Shown here: positions 1-10,668 of the stretch, piece after piece
Position numbering within the stretch: the stretch's first letter is position 1
Layout of the letters: each line of letters opens with the position of its first letter
From: an uncultured delta proteobacterium
GTDB lineage: Bacteria > Myxococcota > Myxococcia > Myxococcales > Myxococcaceae
Assembly (NCBI GenBank): GCA_963771175.1
Contig: CAVYSY010000022.1
Coordinates: forward strand, 64,001 to 128,000
Direction: 5' to 3'
DNA: 64,000 nucleotides
Position numbers and translations under genes: made by a program
The notes under the pieces: generated by a model
The model's input: the letters and a program-made list of their open reading frames with translations, nothing else
Told to the model about the DNA's origin: nothing
Database searches by the model: none

Positions 1-529
1 CCACCATGACGCCTCGATCCAGCGCCACGCGGAAGTGCTCCAGGTCACGAGCCGCGCCCGTTGGCACCCAGACCCGCGCCGTCGTCCCCGTGAGATCCTT
101 CTCCTCCGGCCCCAGTCCCTCGGAGCCCGGCGGGAGCAGCGGCCCGTCGGAGACCTGGAGCCAGTCGTCCAGTTGCGGCTGTTGCACCTTCGAATCCCGC
201 GACACCAGATAGACGAGCGTCCCGCCCTCGCGGATCCACTTCCGCAGGGTCTCGAGCTCGGACTCCGTCACGGGCCGTCCCGTCGGCGCCGCCACCACCA
301 CCGTCCGCGCGCCCGCCAGAGGCCCTGCGTCACCGAGGGACTCCTGGAGTGCCGACACGGGCGCGCCGGACTCCTGGAGGTACAGGTACAGGGCTCGCAG
401 ACCGAGAGGTCCCGGGTTGTCCACCGAGGGCACCGTCGACTGGGGCGTCGTCTGGTTCGCCGCGAGCCCCAGCCCCAGTGCCAGCGTCACCAGCACGCCA
501 TAGATGGCCGCCGTCCTCAGGCCCTTCAT
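1..529 (-). CDS. DUF4350-like membrane-anchored protein (partial, runs off window start)
   Basis: Read manually from ATG at 529: MKGLRTAAIYGVLVTLALGLGLAA...PSVDNPGPLGLRALYLYL...ELETLRKWIREGGTLV. N-terminal TM helix; overlaps the stop of the DUF4129-like gene. Confidence 0.7.
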   Translation of the reverse strand, partial: MKGLRTAAIYGVLVTLALGLGLAANQTTPQSTVPSVDNPGPLGLRALYLYLQESGAPVSALQESLGDAGPLAGARTVVVAAPTGRPVTESELETLRKWIREGGTLVYLVSRDSKVQQPQLDDWLQVSDGPLLPPGSEGLGPEEKDLTGTTARVWVPTGAARDLEHFRVALDRGVMV

Positions 530-1408
530 GCCGATGCCCCCGCCAGCCCCTGGTGGAGCCGCTCCACCTCGTCCACGAAGCGCGCCGCGTCCTCCGAGGG
601 CACCGGCTCGAGCGAGTAGAAGGCCCGGTCGTACCAGTGCACCAGCCGCTCCACCTCGCGCGTGAGCTGCGTGGAGGCGCCGCGCCCGGGCAGCTCACTC
701 ACCAGCTCGCGGTTCGTCTTCACGCGATCCGGTCGCGCCAGCCGCTTCGTCTCCAGCGAGGACAGCAGCGCCAGCAGCCCCTCGCGGATGGCCTCGCGCG
801 GCTGTCCGCCCAGTGCCGCCCGCGCCCGCGACAGGTGCTCGCCCGGGGAGTCGAGCACCAACGCCGCCGCGGCTCCCGTGGCCCGTCTGCTTCCCTCGCC
901 GCGTGGGAGCCCTCCGCCAGTGGCGCAGGCGCAGCACGGCGAAGAGCACCACCGCGAACCCCAGCACCAGCACCGCCGTCCGGGTGCTCGTCGCGAAGCT
1001 CTGGGCCTCGCGCGTCTGCAGCAGCTCCTCCAGCCAGTCCTTCAACGTTCGCATCAACCGCTGGAGCAGATCTCCCTGGCGCTGCCTCGCCTGGGCGAAC
1101 TCGGGTCGGGAGAGGATCTCCTGGAGCCGGGCCTGGTCGGTCCGGGGCAGGGGGCTCTCCGTGTTCGTGGATGCTTCCGGGGCGCAGGCGGCTTGGAGGC
1201 GGCGGGTCGCCGTCTCCGCGCGCTTCTCGGGCGTGTCGTCCTCCCGCGAGCGCAGCGGCAGGCCCTCCCAGCGCTGCTCCAGGGTGGAGAGGTACGCGTC
1301 CAGCTCCGCCGGCTGCTGCCGGGCCACCTCCGTGAGCTGTTGTACCTCCAGGGCCTGGTTCTCGCAGGGCAGCGCCGCGAGCCATAGCAGCGCCAGACCC
1401 GCCGTCAT
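526..1408 (-). CDS. DUF4129 domain membrane protein (one frameshift near 860)
   Basis: ORF 695..1408 (signal peptide, TM helix) continues into ORF 526..861 (…KTNRELVSEL…WYDRAFYS), which looks like a DUF4129 C-terminus. Confidence 0.7.
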
Positions 1409-2448
1409 GCGGCCACCGAGGGCGTCGAGCGAGCCTTCATGCGCTGCTCGAGATCCAGTCCCTCCCGGCGCACGCGCATGTCCAGGTAGAACAGCGCGTA
1501 GAAGACGAGCCCCAGCGGGCTGAACACCGCCTGTCCCACGACCTGGAGCAGCTCGGCGGGGACGAGGAGGGCCTGCGGCACCGGGTTGGCCGCCGCGGCG
1601 ATGGGGTCGAGCGGGTTGCCGTAGGTGAACTGGACGATCAGCGCGGGCAGCCCGGACAGGACGCTCACCGCGATGAGGATGACCGACACCACGGTCACGA
1701 GGATCATCGCCCGAACCTTCACGCGGCCGGTGAAGCCCGGCTCCACCCGTCCGGAGAGCAGCTCCCCCGAGCGCCGGAAGGCCCCCATCGCCGACAGCTC
1801 CTCCATGGCCAGCACCGGCCCCAGCAGCGAGAAGCGCAGCAGGTACCAGAGGAGCCCGCCCAGCACGCCGAGCATCACCAGCAGGATGCCCACCACGAGC
1901 ACGATGCCACCACCGAGCCGGGGGCCCGGATCGCTCGACACCCCGAGCATCGCCGCGCCCGCCCCGGTCACCAGCCCACCGGGCAGTGCCATCAGCAGGT
2001 TGGCGCCCAGACCCCAGAGCAGGGAGAGCGCGTACGCGCCGGTGAACGACCCGAGCCGCTTCAGCCCGCGCCGCACGCCCTCGGCCGGAGGCACCGGCTC
2101 ACCGAGTTGGGCCGGCACCACGTACCGGGCCACGACCAGGGTGGACAGCCAGTAGAGCCAGAAGGTCGCCACCAGTGTCCCGGCCGTCACGAGGAGGAAC
2201 TGGGCATAGCCGATCGCGACCGCCTCCATGTCCCCTTCGCCCTTCGCCGCGCCCTGGAGCAACTGGATGGTGCTCTGCATGACGAGCTGCATGGCCTTGG
2301 TGAGGATGTAGGTGAGCAGGTTGAAGCCGAAGCTGAGCAGGAAGAGATGCTTGAGGTGCTTGCGCCAGAACGTGGCCGAGCGGTCGATGATCTCACCGAT
2401 CGCCAGGGGACGCAGATCCGAAGGAGGAGGGCTCACGGGCCGCAGCAT
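1405..2448 (-). CDS. Multi-pass membrane protein of the DUF4129/DUF4350/MoxR-type module
   Basis: 347 aa; N-terminal LRPLAIGEIIDRS, several TM helices, C-terminal YLDMRVRREGLDL motif. Confidence 0.75.
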   Translation of the reverse strand: MLRPVSPPPSDLRPLAIGEIIDRSATFWRKHLKHLFLLSFGFNLLTYILTKAMQLVMQSTIQLLQGAAKGEGDMEAVAIGYAQFLLVTAGTLVATFWLYWLSTLVVARYVVPAQLGEPVPPAEGVRRGLKRLGSFTGAYALSLLWGLGANLLMALPGGLVTGAGAAMLGVSSDPGPRLGGGIVLVVGILLVMLGVLGGLLWYLLRFSLLGPVLAMEELSAMGAFRRSGELLSGRVEPGFTGRVKVRAMILVTVVSVILIAVSVLSGLPALIVQFTYGNPLDPIAAAANPVPQALLVPAELLQVVGQAVFSPLGLVFYALFYLDMRVRREGLDLEQRMKARSTPSVAA

Positions 2449-2479
2449 ACTTGCGGCACGGTCGGGTGGGGGAAGACCC

Positions 2480-3116
2480 TCATCGGGGCCCTGGCCCCAA
2501 GGGAGCGGCGAGGGCGCACAGGGTCCTCGCGGCGGCTCCCGGGTCTTCCGCCTCCAGCACCCCGGAGATGACCGCGAAGCCCGCCGCCCCTCCGAGCAGC
2601 GAGGGCACGCTCGGGGGTGATGCCTCCGAGCGCCAGGGCGGGGCAGGGCAGGGCCGCGGCCAGGGCCCGGAAGCCCTCGGGTCCCAGCGTGGGCCGCGTG
2701 TCCTCCGGCTTCGAGCCCGGCGCGAACACCGGGCTCACCAGCGCCAGGTCCGCGCCCTCGCGCCCGCCGAGCCTCCTCGCGCGTCGTGCACCGCCACGCT
2801 CACGAGGCGACCCGCCGGCAGGTGCGGGCGCACGTCCTCCGGGCGTCAGGCCCCCCGCCGGCAGGTGCAGGTGCGCGCCCACGAGCAGCGCCACGTCCAG
2901 CCGGCCGTTGATGAAGAGCGGGATTGCCCCGCGCCCGGCACAGCGCCGGCGAGCAGCCGGGCCTCCTCGAGGAAGCTGCGCGGGGGCGGCCTCCGGGTGA
3001 CGGTGCTGCACGGCCACCTCGGGGCCCGACGTCCAGCGCCCGCTCCAGAGCGCGCCAGCAGCTGCTCCCGCGGGCAGGCGCCAGTCGGTGATGACCATCA
3101 GCCGCGGGACGCGACC

Positions 3117-3120
<4 letters not shown>
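2480..3120 (-). CDS. thiE: Thiamine phosphate synthase (several frameshifts)
   Basis: Fragments [50 protein letters not shown]; directly downstream of thiG. Confidence 0.8.
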
Positions 3121-3902
<782 letters not shown>

Positions 3903-3911
3903 TGCTCGCTC

Positions 3912-4113
3912 CTATCCGCCACCGACGAAGGTGACGATCTCCACGCGATCCCTGCGGGGACAGCTGGAACTCGGCGTGGCGCGCACGGCGGACCACCTCC
4001 GCGTTCACCTCCACCGCCACTCCCGGCCCGCCCACCTCCATCGAGGTGAGCAGCGCCGCGAGTGTCATGCCCTCGGGCACTTCTCGTGCCTGTCCGTTGA
4101 TCCAGATCGTCAA
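3912..4113 (-). CDS. thiS: Sulfur carrier protein ThiS (one frameshift)
   Basis: MTIWINGQAREV…VAVEVNAEVV…; after the frameshift it reads DRVEIVTFVGGG-stop, giving the C-terminal GG. Confidence 0.9.
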
Positions 4114-4140
4114 GGCTCGATGCTCCTGCTGCTGGGGCTC

Positions 4141-4172
4141 GACGCACTACAGGTGCGTCCCCCCGCTGTCAA
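4141..4172 (-). promoter_or_regulatory. Putative sigma70-type promoter for thiSGE with overlapping inverted repeat
   Basis: Minus strand TTGACA-17 nt-TAGTGC (4172..4144); palindrome GACGCAC-tacag-GTGCGTC at 4141-4159 overlaps the -10 box. Confidence 0.45.
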
Positions 4173-4205
4173 CGCACACTCGGCCCGCCACCCCTGGCTA
4201 TACTC

Positions 4206-4595
4206 ATGACCATGTTCACCGTCCGAATCAGGCTCGTGGCTTGCGCCCTGGTGTTGACGCTCGGGCTCCCGGCCTCCGCCGAGACTCCCCGTGCGCTGGA
4301 TGCCCCCGAGCGTGCCCCCTCCGGTCTCCATGGGCACCGGTACGCCTTCGTCGCCGGGGGCCTGCTGGCGCTCGGAGGCGCGGGGTTCGGCTACCTCGCC
4401 CACGGCGAGTCGCAGCGCGCCCGGACCCTCTCCTCGGCGCGCGACTCCAGCGCGGCGTTCGATCGGGCCCGCGCCAGCGCCGCCACCGCCAACGTGCTCT
4501 ACGGGGTGGCGGGGCTGACCCTCGCCTATGGACTCGTCCTGGAGCTCCTCCCGGAGCCCGCCGCCGAGAAGGCCAGCCTCACGTTCCACTTCTGA
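4206..4595 (+). CDS. Hypothetical exported/membrane protein
   Basis: Signal peptide, two hydrophobic segments, C-terminal ...LTFHF. Confidence 0.7.
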   Translation: MTMFTVRIRLVACALVLTLGLPASAETPRALDAPERAPSGLHGHRYAFVAGGLLALGGAGFGYLAHGESQRARTLSSARDSSAAFDRARASAATANVLYGVAGLTLAYGLVLELLPEPAAEKASLTFHF

Positions 4596-4641
4596 TGCTC
4601 ATTCTTCGAGCTCCACCAGTTCGAGAAGTGCCTTCGCCCAC

Positions 4642-5154
4642 ATGGACGTTCTTTTGAAATCCCTGGTGCTCGTCTCCGCCCTGGCGGCCTCCGGCTGCCT
4701 CATCTCCGAGAACGCCGGGCCGGGGCACTCCTGCTCGGACGACTCCGAGTGCCCCGAGTCCTACCGCTGCGTCACCATCTCCGAGGGCCAGCGCTCCTGC
4801 GAGGTGACGTACCCGCCACGCCCACTGGATGCCGACGGCGGTACGCCCGATGCCGGGCCGGTGCCCACCTGGTGCCAGGACATCCAGCCCCTCCTCGCCG
4901 CCTCCTGCGTGTCCTCGTGCCACGGCGCGACGACGAGCGGCAGCAAACGGACGGACTTCCGGCTCGACACCTACGCCCAGGCGGGTGGGGTGCTCGGAGC
5001 CCGGGACATGGCCGCCCGCATCAAGGCCCGCGCCGTGGATCAGCAGACGATGCCGCCATCGGGCAACCCCGCTCCCTCCGCGGCCGAGCGCGATCTCCTC
5101 TCCCGTTGGGTGGCGGGCGGTACACCTCTCTGCGCCGACGGTGGTACTCAGTAG
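4642..5154 (+). CDS. Cys-rich lipoprotein with cytochrome c-like domain (CX3CH), paralog 1
   Basis: Lipobox ASGC; Cys-rich CSDDSECPESYRC; then DIQPLLAASCVSSCHG…MPP…LSRWVAGG. Confidence 0.7.
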   Translation: MDVLLKSLVLVSALAASGCLISENAGPGHSCSDDSECPESYRCVTISEGQRSCEVTYPPRPLDADGGTPDAGPVPTWCQDIQPLLAASCVSSCHGATTSGSKRTDFRLDTYAQAGGVLGARDMAARIKARAVDQQTMPPSGNPAPSAAERDLLSRWVAGGTPLCADGGTQ

Positions 5155-5160
5155 AACCCC

Positions 5161-5673
5161 ATGAAGCCCCTGCACCTGAGCCTCCTGGGCCTTTGCGCCG
5201 CCGCTGCCACCGGCTGCACCATCGAGGCCCCCGATTTCACCGGCAAGTCGTGCGACACCGCGGCCGACTGCCCCGAGTCCTACACCTGCGTCGCCGCCCG
5301 TCCGGGCGCGGGGCGCACCTGCGAGGTACTCAACGGGCCCGGCGTCTCCAACCCCAGCACCGGGCCGGTGCCCACCTGGTGCAAGGACATCCAACCCATC
5401 CTCGCCGCCACCTGCGTGTCCTCGTGTCACGGCGCGACGACGAGCGGCAGTGGTCGGACGGACTTCCGGCTCGACCTGTACGAGGCCGACGGTAGCGTGG
5501 CGGGGGCGAAGCTGATGGCGCCCCGCATCCACTCGCGCGTCGTCACCTTCCGCACCATGCCGCCCCCGGGGAGCCCAGAGCCCACCGAGGCCGAGCGAGC
5601 GCTCATCGACCGCTGGGCCTCGGGGGGCGCGCCTTTCTGTGAGGAGCGCGCGCCAGTGGACGGGGGCTCCTAG
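5161..5673 (+). CDS. Cys-rich lipoprotein with cytochrome c-like domain (CX3CH), paralog 2
   Basis: Lipobox ATGC; CDTAADCPESYTC; DIQPILAATCVSSCHG…MPP…IDRWASGG; central part nearly identical in DNA to paralog 1. Confidence 0.7.
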   Translation: MKPLHLSLLGLCAAAATGCTIEAPDFTGKSCDTAADCPESYTCVAARPGAGRTCEVLNGPGVSNPSTGPVPTWCKDIQPILAATCVSSCHGATTSGSGRTDFRLDLYEADGSVAGAKLMAPRIHSRVVTFRTMPPPGSPEPTEAERALIDRWASGGAPFCEERAPVDGGS

Positions 5674-5823
5674 GCAGGCATCCGGGCGCTCCTCTTTCGG
5701 GTCGGTGCCCCTGTGTCTCTTCTTCTCCCTGACAAGCGCTGTGCATCCGCGATGCGTGCGCTCAGTTTCCTGCCACACGCCGGGGGCTTTTCCCGTCTGG
5801 CTGGGGACTGAAAGGAGAGGGAC

Positions 5824-6384
5824 ATGCGGAAGCTCATGATGGCGGTGATGGCGGTGGCGGGGCTGGGTCTGGTGACGGGCTGCCAGAACAAGAAGGAGGA
5901 GGTCCAGGAGCAGCAGCAGGATGTGGCCGAGGCCCAGCGCGAGGCGGCGCAGACGACCGCGGAGACCCAGCGCGAGGGCGCGGAGGAGCAGGCCGAGGCC
6001 CAGCAGGACGTGCGCGAGGAGGAGCGCGAGCTGGCCGAGGCGCAGCGAGAGCAGCTCAACGACCAGACCAACCGGGGCGAAGACGCCACGGGCGGCAGCG
6101 GCATGGCCACCGGCAAGACCGAGGAGGTGAAGGGCACCATCCAGTCGTCCTCGGGCAACAGCCTCTCGCTGATCGTCCCCGAGAAGAACAACCAGGTCAT
6201 GCGGTTCCAGACGAACGCGCAGGTGCAGGTGACGCGGGATGACAAGCCGGCGGCCCTCACGGACGTGAAGGCTGGCGATGAGGTGCGCGCCTCCTACATG
6301 GTGGACCAGGCCGGCAAGATGGTCCTCAAGAGCATCGAGGTGGAGAAGGAGAGCGCCCAGCACCCAGGCCAGCAGAAGAAGTAA
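5824..6384 (+). CDS. Lipoprotein with coiled coil and C-terminal OB-fold-like domain
   Basis: AGGAGAGG RBS; lipobox VTGC; E/Q-rich helix; ...LTDVKAGDEVRASY. Confidence 0.8.
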   Translation: MRKLMMAVMAVAGLGLVTGCQNKKEEVQEQQQDVAEAQREAAQTTAETQREGAEEQAEAQQDVREEERELAEAQREQLNDQTNRGEDATGGSGMATGKTEEVKGTIQSSSGNSLSLIVPEKNNQVMRFQTNAQVQVTRDDKPAALTDVKAGDEVRASYMVDQAGKMVLKSIEVEKESAQHPGQQKK

Positions 6385-6402
6385 CCCCCGGGTGAGTGGG
6401 GT

Positions 6403-6443
6403 GGACGCGGCCTCCGTCCTCGGGCGGGGGCCGTTTCCTTTTC
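6403..6443 (+). terminator. Probable intrinsic terminator
   Basis: GC-rich hairpin (cggcctccgtcc-tcg-ggcgggggccg) followed by tttccttttc. Confidence 0.6.
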
Positions 6444-6482
6444 GGCATTGTGGCCAAGGGTCCGAGGTCCGAGACTGCACCC

Positions 6483-7499
6483 ATGTCACTGACGACGAGC
6501 GACGTGCTCGAGCTCCACCAGCGCTGGTGTATTGCCGACGGACACGCGGACTCGTTGATGTGGAACCGGGACCTCTGCGTTCGCTCCGCGGAGGGACACG
6601 TGGACTTCCCCCGCCTGCGCGAGGTGGGGATGAAGCTCCAGTGCTTCACCATCGTCACCCGCGGCTTCCCCTTCATCGGGGGCTTCGAGGCCTTCGCCGT
6701 CTGGCGCGGCTGGCCCCGCGAGGCCCGCGCCAGCGAGTGGTCGCGCGCCCTGTGGCAGATCGATCAACTGGCGGACTTCTGCCGCCGCTCCGAGGGGCAG
6801 GCGGGCCTCACCACCTCGGGGCGGGCGCTGGAGGAGAACCTCGCCCAGGGGCGGCTGTCGGCGGTGCTCGGCATCGAGGGCGCCCATGCGCTCGAGGGGC
6901 AGGTGGAGCGCGTGGCCGAGCTCCAGCAGCGGGGCGTGCGCTTCATGGGCCTCACCCACCTGTCCAACAACGAGGCGGGGGGCTCCTCCTTCCCGCTGAT
7001 GGGCAACCGGCCCCTGTCGCCGCTGGGCCAGTCGGTGCTGGAGGAGATGGCCCGCGTGGGGATGAGCGTGGACGTGGCCCACGCCTCCGAGCGCACGCTG
7101 GAGGACATCCTGGCCCACCCCACCGCCCGCGTCTTCTCCTCGCACACGGGGGTGCGCGGGGCGGGCGGTGGCTGGCGCAACCTCTCCGACGAGGCGCTGC
7201 GCCGCATCGCCGACCGGGGGGGCGTGGTGGGCATCATCCTCGCCCCCGTCTACCTGGGCGGGGATGCCATCGACGACGTCATCCGGCACATCGAGCACGC
7301 CCTCCAGGTGATGGGGGAGGAGGGGGTGGGCATCGGCTCGGACTACGACGGCATGGTGGCCCTGCCCAAGGGCATCCACGACGTGACGGATCTGCCCAAG
7401 CTCACCGAGGCCCTGCTGCGCCGCCACCCGGAGGCGCTCGTGGAGCGCATCCTTGGCGGCAACTTCCGGCGTTTCTTCCGCGAGACGCTCGGGGAGTGA
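6483..7499 (+). CDS. Membrane dipeptidase family (M19) metallopeptidase
   Basis: IADGHAD, LGIEGAH, MGLTH, VDVAHAS, SSHTG…RNLSDE, GIGSDYDG, ILGGNF. Confidence 0.9.
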   Translation: MSLTTSDVLELHQRWCIADGHADSLMWNRDLCVRSAEGHVDFPRLREVGMKLQCFTIVTRGFPFIGGFEAFAVWRGWPREARASEWSRALWQIDQLADFCRRSEGQAGLTTSGRALEENLAQGRLSAVLGIEGAHALEGQVERVAELQQRGVRFMGLTHLSNNEAGGSSFPLMGNRPLSPLGQSVLEEMARVGMSVDVAHASERTLEDILAHPTARVFSSHTGVRGAGGGWRNLSDEALRRIADRGGVVGIILAPVYLGGDAIDDVIRHIEHALQVMGEEGVGIGSDYDGMVALPKGIHDVTDLPKLTEALLRRHPEALVERILGGNFRRFFRETLGE

Positions 7500-7545
7500 C
7501 TTGGGTTGACCGGGCTCGCGGCGCCTGGAATCGTCGGACGCCGTG

Positions 7546-7923
7546 ATGAACCGCTCCCTCGTCCTGCTCCCCGTGTTGCTCGGCTCCCTCCTGCTCCCCG
7601 CCTGCGGCATCAATGCCGGGGACTCGTGCGAAGGAGGTGGCTACACCTGCGACTCCGAGAAGACTGCCCTCGAGTGTCGCGACAAGAAGTGGCGCACGCT
7701 CCAGTGCAGGGGCCCCTCGGGGTGCTCGGAGGAGGGCCAGACCATCAACTGCGACCTGAACGGCAACCTCGAGGGAGATGGGTGCGCGCAGTCCGCCGAG
7801 GGTCGCGGGCTGTGCACGGCCGATGGCAAGGCCGTCCTCGAGTGCCGGATGGGCCTGCTGGTGCGGGTCAAGGAGTGCAGCGTGTGTTCCATGGACAGCA
7901 CGCGCGTCTCCTGCCTGCCGTGA
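7546..7923 (+). CDS. Cys-rich lipoprotein
   Basis: Lipobox LPAC; two internal ALEC/VLEC Cys repeats. Confidence 0.75.
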   Translation: MNRSLVLLPVLLGSLLLPACGINAGDSCEGGGYTCDSEKTALECRDKKWRTLQCRGPSGCSEEGQTINCDLNGNLEGDGCAQSAEGRGLCTADGKAVLECRMGLLVRVKECSVCSMDSTRVSCLP

Positions 7924-8040
7924 GCCAGCTCGGGTCGCGGCGCGCCCTGTCCGTTCCCAGTGAACTCCGGCCCTGAAAAGACCCGCCACACGGCCCGGGT
8001 GGCCCTATGCTTCCGCCGCCACAGCGAAAGGTGGATGCAC

Positions 8041-8745
8041 ATGCGATTGGGAGTGTTGGCGGCAGTACTGCTCGGCCTCGCCGGGCTGCAGGCACGGGCG
8101 CAGCAGGCGCAGGGACAGGCGCAGCTCAAGACCGAGGAAGACAAGGCGTTCTACGCGCTCGGACTGTCGATCGGGCGGAGCATCAAGGTCTTCGACCTGA
8201 GCCCGGCGGAGATCGAGCTCGTCAGGAAGGGCATGACGGACTCGCTCACCAACGCGAAGCCGGCGGTGGAGCTGGATAAGTACGGGCCCAAGCTGCAGGA
8301 GATCGCCAAGGCCCGGCAGGGGAAGATGGGCCAGAAGTTCCTGGAGGAGGCCGGTAAGGAGAAGGGGGCCGTCAAGCTGCCCTCGGGGGTCGTCTACAAG
8401 GAGCTGAAGGCCGGCACCGGCCCGAGCCCCAAGGCCACCGACACGGTGAAGGTGAACTACCGCGGCACGCTCACCAACGGCGTCGAGTTCGACAGCTCCT
8501 ACAAGCGCGGCGAGCCCATCGAGTTCCCCCTCAACGGAGTCATCCCCTGCTGGACCGAGGGCGTGCAGAAGATGAAGGTGGGCGGCAAGGCCCAGCTCGT
8601 TTGCCCCTCCAAGACGGCCTACGGTGAGTCGGGCTCGCCTCCGACGATTCCTCCCGATGCCACCCTGGTGTTCGAGGTCGAACTGCTCGGCATCGGTGGC
8701 CAGGGCGCGGATGTCCCGCGCGCGCAGCCGGGTCAGAAGAAGTAG
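8041..8745 (+). CDS. FKBP-type peptidyl-prolyl cis-trans isomerase (FkpA/Mip-like)
   Basis: Signal peptide; YALGLSIG; VKVNYRGTLTNGVEFDSS; VIPCWTEG; IPPDATLVFEVELL. Confidence 0.95.
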   Translation: MRLGVLAAVLLGLAGLQARAQQAQGQAQLKTEEDKAFYALGLSIGRSIKVFDLSPAEIELVRKGMTDSLTNAKPAVELDKYGPKLQEIAKARQGKMGQKFLEEAGKEKGAVKLPSGVVYKELKAGTGPSPKATDTVKVNYRGTLTNGVEFDSSYKRGEPIEFPLNGVIPCWTEGVQKMKVGGKAQLVCPSKTAYGESGSPPTIPPDATLVFEVELLGIGGQGADVPRAQPGQKK

Positions 8746-8817
8746 ACGTTCCAGGTGCGCCGGGGTGGGGGAGGGACGCGCGAACGGGCCCTCACCCCGG
8801 CCCCGAGCGAGGGCTGC

Positions 8818-9604
8818 TCACAGCCCCGACAGGAAGCTGTCGAGCACCGCGTTGAACTTCTCCGGCTGCTCCTGGTTGGGCAGGTGGGCCGCGTCCGGAA
8901 TCACCTCCAGCCGCGCTCCGGTGATGAGGTCCGCCATCTGCTTCGCCTTCTCCAGCGGCGTCACCGGATCCTTCTCGCCCACCACCACCAGCGCGGGCCC
9001 GGCGTAGCGCGCGAGGATGTCCTTGCTGTCCGGCCGTAGCGCCATGCCCCGCTGCGCCGCGGCGATCCCCGCCGGAGTCGCCGTCCGCATCAGCGCCGCC
9101 ACCTCGCGCCCCACCTCCGAGTCCGGCCCCGCCGCCACCACCTTCGGCAGCAGCGCCCGCACCGCGGACTCGGGCCCCTCCCGCCAGCGCCTCCTGGGCC
9201 GAGGCCTCCCGCCGCGCCCGTCCCGCCTCGTCGTCCGCCGTGGCCTGCGTGTCCACCAGCACCAGCCCCCGCACGCGCCCCGCGTCCTCCCGCAGCAGCG
9301 CCATGGTGGCGTACCCGCCCATGGACACCCCGCCCACCACCGCCGACTCCACGTTCAGCGCGTCCAGCAGCGCCAGCGCGTCCCGGGCGATGCGCGACAT
9401 CTCCGTGGCACCCTCCTCGCCCAGCCCGCTCCGACCGAAGCCCCGGATGTCCGGGATGATGAAGCGGTAGCGCCCCGACAGCGCCTTCACCTGCTTCTCG
9501 TAGGCGTCCCCGTTCAGCGGAAACGCGTGGAACAGCAGCACCGGCAGCCCTCGACCCTCGTCGCGGTAGTGCAGGGGAACGCCATCGACGGTGATGGTGA
9601 GCAT
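8818..9604 (-). CDS. Alpha/beta hydrolase (one frameshift near 9175)
   Basis: LLFHAFPLNG, PDIRGFGRS, GVSMGG; C-terminal frame GEKDPVTP…AAHLPNQEQP. Confidence 0.9.
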
Positions 9605-9621
9605 GGGCTCCTCCAGGAGTT

Positions 9622-10566
9622 TCAGATCCACTGCTTTCGCCGGAACCAGAACATCAGTGCCACCGGCAGTCCGAATACCGAGAACATCATCAGCCAGAAG
9701 AACTCTCTGCGGCCCAGCAGCTCGAAGTTCTGTCCGAAGAAGCCCGTGATGAAGGACAGGGGCAGGAAGATGGTGGCGAAGATGGTGAGCTGCTTGGTGA
9801 TGTCGTTCGTCCGGTTGGCCATCATGGACAGGTAGCCATCCATCACGTTGCCCAACAGGTCGCGCCCCGAGTCGATCTGCTCGTACAGCCGCACCAGGTG
9901 GTCATACACGTCGCGGAAGTACAGCGCCGTGCGCTCCTGCACGTTGGGGATGCCCCTCCGGGAGAGGAAGCCCAGCACGTCCCGCTGGGGCGACAGCACC
10001 CGCCGCAGCTCCACCAGCGCCCGCTTCATGGCGAAGATGCGCTGCAGGTACTCCGACTTCGGATTCGCGAAGATGGCCGATTCCAGGTCCTCCAACTCAT
10101 CGTTGAAGTGATCGAGGACGGGGAAGTTCCGGTCCACCAGCGCGTCCGCCAGCAGGTACAGCAGGAAGTCCACCCCGCGCCCCATCGTCACCCGCGGCTC
10201 GTCCGGCACCCGCTTCCTCACCGCCTCCAGTCCTTCGAAGGGCAGCTCGTGGACCGAGATGAGCCAGTTCGGCCCCAGGAAGAAGTGGTGCTCGTGCAGT
10301 GTCAGGTCGCACACGTCCTGATCGTTGGACGTGAAACCCTGGAGCACGATGAACTGGTGGTTCGGGTACTCCTCCAGCTTGGGCCGCTGATCCAGGTGCA
10401 GGCTGTCCTCGATGGCCAGCCGGTGCAGTTCGTAGCGCTCCCCGAGCTGCTTCATCTCCTCCTCCGTGGGGTGGAGGACGTCGATCCACTTGGGGCCGGG
10501 CTGGTCGAGCAGCTCCTCGCCACCGGAGAGGAGTTTGTCTTCATTAAGGATCAGAACCTGGATCAT
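9622..10566 (-). CDS. corA: CorA family Mg/Co transporter
   Basis: QRPKLEEY, YFRDVYDHL, LTIFATIFLPLSFITGFFGQNF (GxN variant of GMN) plus second TM helix. Confidence 0.9.
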   Translation of the reverse strand: MIQVLILNEDKLLSGGEELLDQPGPKWIDVLHPTEEEMKQLGERYELHRLAIEDSLHLDQRPKLEEYPNHQFIVLQGFTSNDQDVCDLTLHEHHFFLGPNWLISVHELPFEGLEAVRKRVPDEPRVTMGRGVDFLLYLLADALVDRNFPVLDHFNDELEDLESAIFANPKSEYLQRIFAMKRALVELRRVLSPQRDVLGFLSRRGIPNVQERTALYFRDVYDHLVRLYEQIDSGRDLLGNVMDGYLSMMANRTNDITKQLTIFATIFLPLSFITGFFGQNFELLGRREFFWLMMFSVFGLPVALMFWFRRKQWI

Positions 10567-10668
10567 GCGGGCGCGAGCTTGGATCGCACCCTCCCTGATG
10601 TCGAGCACGCTGCAGCGGACGAGAGAGAGCCGCGACGCGACGTGACGGACCCGCTAGAGTGGGGGGCC

